Shown here: positions 62,401 to 64,000 of the stretch, piece by piece
Position numbering within the stretch: position 1 is the stretch's first letter
Layout of the letters: each line of letters begins with the position of its first letter
From: Ruditapes philippinarum
Taxonomy: Eukaryota
Assembly (NCBI RefSeq): GCF_026571515.1
Contig: NW_026860174.1
Location: 1 to 64,000, forward strand
Direction: 5' to 3'
DNA length: 64,000 bases
Translations under genes and position numbers: made by a program
The notes under the pieces: model-generated
The model's input: the letters and a program-made list of their open reading frames with translations, nothing else
What the model was told of the DNA's origin: nothing
The model's database searches: none

Positions 62401-62925
62401 CAATTTTATTTACTTTGAAATATATTGGTTCATTTACTTACTGTGGTGCTCGTTTTGACCATGGGAATAACCATGGAATTGACCATGGGATTGCAAAATT
62501 CTGCGTTAATTCTGTACAATTCCTGCATTATTTTCACATGTATTCATTGCAGGATGTACCTGGTGATTATACACTTGCATAGTCTCTGGACTACTATGAA
62601 ACAAAATATATTTGAATTAAATTGTAAGCTGCATATTGCAATGACAAGATTTAAAAAATTAAATCTACACACCTCAGATCGTAACAGTGTTAGGTAAATA
62701 AATAAATGTACGAATGAAATATTACTTGTAAGCCTTGCGCATAGCTTTCGCTCCGTTCTTCACTCCTGAAACGTAATCTTTTGCTTTTTGCCATGTGCTC
62801 CTCCTGCTACTGCTGCTGCTGCTGCTGCTACGACTGCCTCCTCCCCACCATCCTTCTGACTCCTTGACAGCAACTAACAAAATCACAAGAAGCAGCAAAA
62901 CACTTTGAATGCCAATCACCCTCAT
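59479..62925 (-). CDS. SAA: Serum amyloid A family protein, copy 5 (~151 aa)
   Basis: Exons 62925-62726, 60920-60810 and 59623-59479 give [151 protein letters not shown]. The ORF-track start at 62964 is a TTG. Confidence 0.95.
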
Positions 62926-63006
62926 TCTACTCAACGTTGTATCCAGAGACGATATTGATGCCAAGATACAACAATGAACTATGGCAATTATTCAGTTAAT
63001 TTTCGG

Positions 63007-63013
63007 TTTTATA
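63007..63013 (-). promoter_or_regulatory. Candidate TATA box of SAA copy 5
   Basis: TATAAAA on the minus strand ~85 nt upstream of the ATG. TATA-like words sit at comparable distance upstream of copy 1 (~25925) and a shorter distance upstream of the ghost copy (~34648). The AT-rich background limits confidence. Confidence 0.45.
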
Positions 63014-64000
63014 AGCATAATCGATGACTAACGAAACACTTTGAAATGACCGAAATGATAAGTTAGCATTTTCAATATGCCCAATCGAATATGTTTTTCT
63101 TATCTTCCTGGCTTGAATAATGTTATTGTGTATTTTAACTTCCTGATACAAAAAATGTTGTTCAGAATCTCATTTGTCAGATTTATAAATGTGAAAGTAA
63201 AATGACAGAATGTAACCAAACAGAAGGCAAACTAATACAGATGTAAACAACAGTGTGGGATAATCACGCGTCTGGTCATCGAACTTTGACCGTATATTGA
63301 CAACATGCTTTTGGGACAAATATATCACAGAGTCAGCGTTAAATTGTAACAAGGTTAAAAAGCAGACAATGTACGCCATATATAAATATGATTTCATTCA
63401 ACAATATATCGATCTTCTAAAGAGTTTTTCTGATAAATATTTTTGAATCCGTTTTTATGATTTCTGTGCCGTGTGAAAGCCACTCCAATTTGGCACTGTT
63501 ATCTTTACAATATTGGAATATACTGAAAATTGGTGAATATATATTAATTGAACTTATTTAATGTTGTTCTTTTTTAGTTTCCGAAAACGGCACTCATTGT
63601 CCATAGAGTAGAAATTGTTTGTCTGTCATCAGAAAAGTTATGGTGATCCAATTCATAATTTACATTTTGATACTATGATAATACTCGTATTAGGAGAAAT
63701 TATTTCACATTCAATACTGGTAGCTCTAAACGGAGCTACTCATGAGTCATGACACATCAGTTAATTTATTACTTTATTACTGCTTAAAAAGGATTTTTTT
63801 TTTCAAAGTCGGTGTATATTCTATAACCAAATATACATGTACACAACAATCATTAGGATAATATAACCAAAAAGCCACAGAATCTATAAAAGCGGCAAGT
63901 ACAGACCATTATAATCTGGCACATCCGTTTTCTGATCATGGTCTGCACTGTACACTATTCAGTAAGTACATTTTTTTAATTTTCTCAAAAAATAGACAGC

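Overview
AT-rich eukaryotic genomic DNA with spliceosomal introns. The repeat types (tRNA-derived SINEs, Helentron/HINE-like elements, MITEs) and gene content suggest a bivalve mollusc; this is an inference. The window looks like an innate-immunity locus. It holds (1) a 5-exon LRRC58-like LRR gene on + (2512-8734) ending in a CaaX box; (2) an intronless single-cysteine-cluster Toll-like receptor on + (15153-17366); and (3) facing the TLR on the - strand, a tandem array of five intact 3-exon serum amyloid A (SAA) genes (23279-62925). The array also holds a deleted 'ghost' SAA copy near 34.5 kb and a probable second trace near 46.8 kb. The most unusual element is the TLR-proximal SAA, whose amphipathic N-terminal helix is amplified into five in-register 18-aa repeats, giving a ~232-aa SAA. 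The array shows a recent ~9-kb segmental duplication, mosaic paralogues, variable Ser/Gly linkers and cluster-wide substitutions in otherwise invariant SAA motifs. The rest is satellites, MITEs with clear target-site duplications, SINEs and decayed LINEs. All exon models were built by hand from GT-AG boundaries and frame continuity; no database searches were run.
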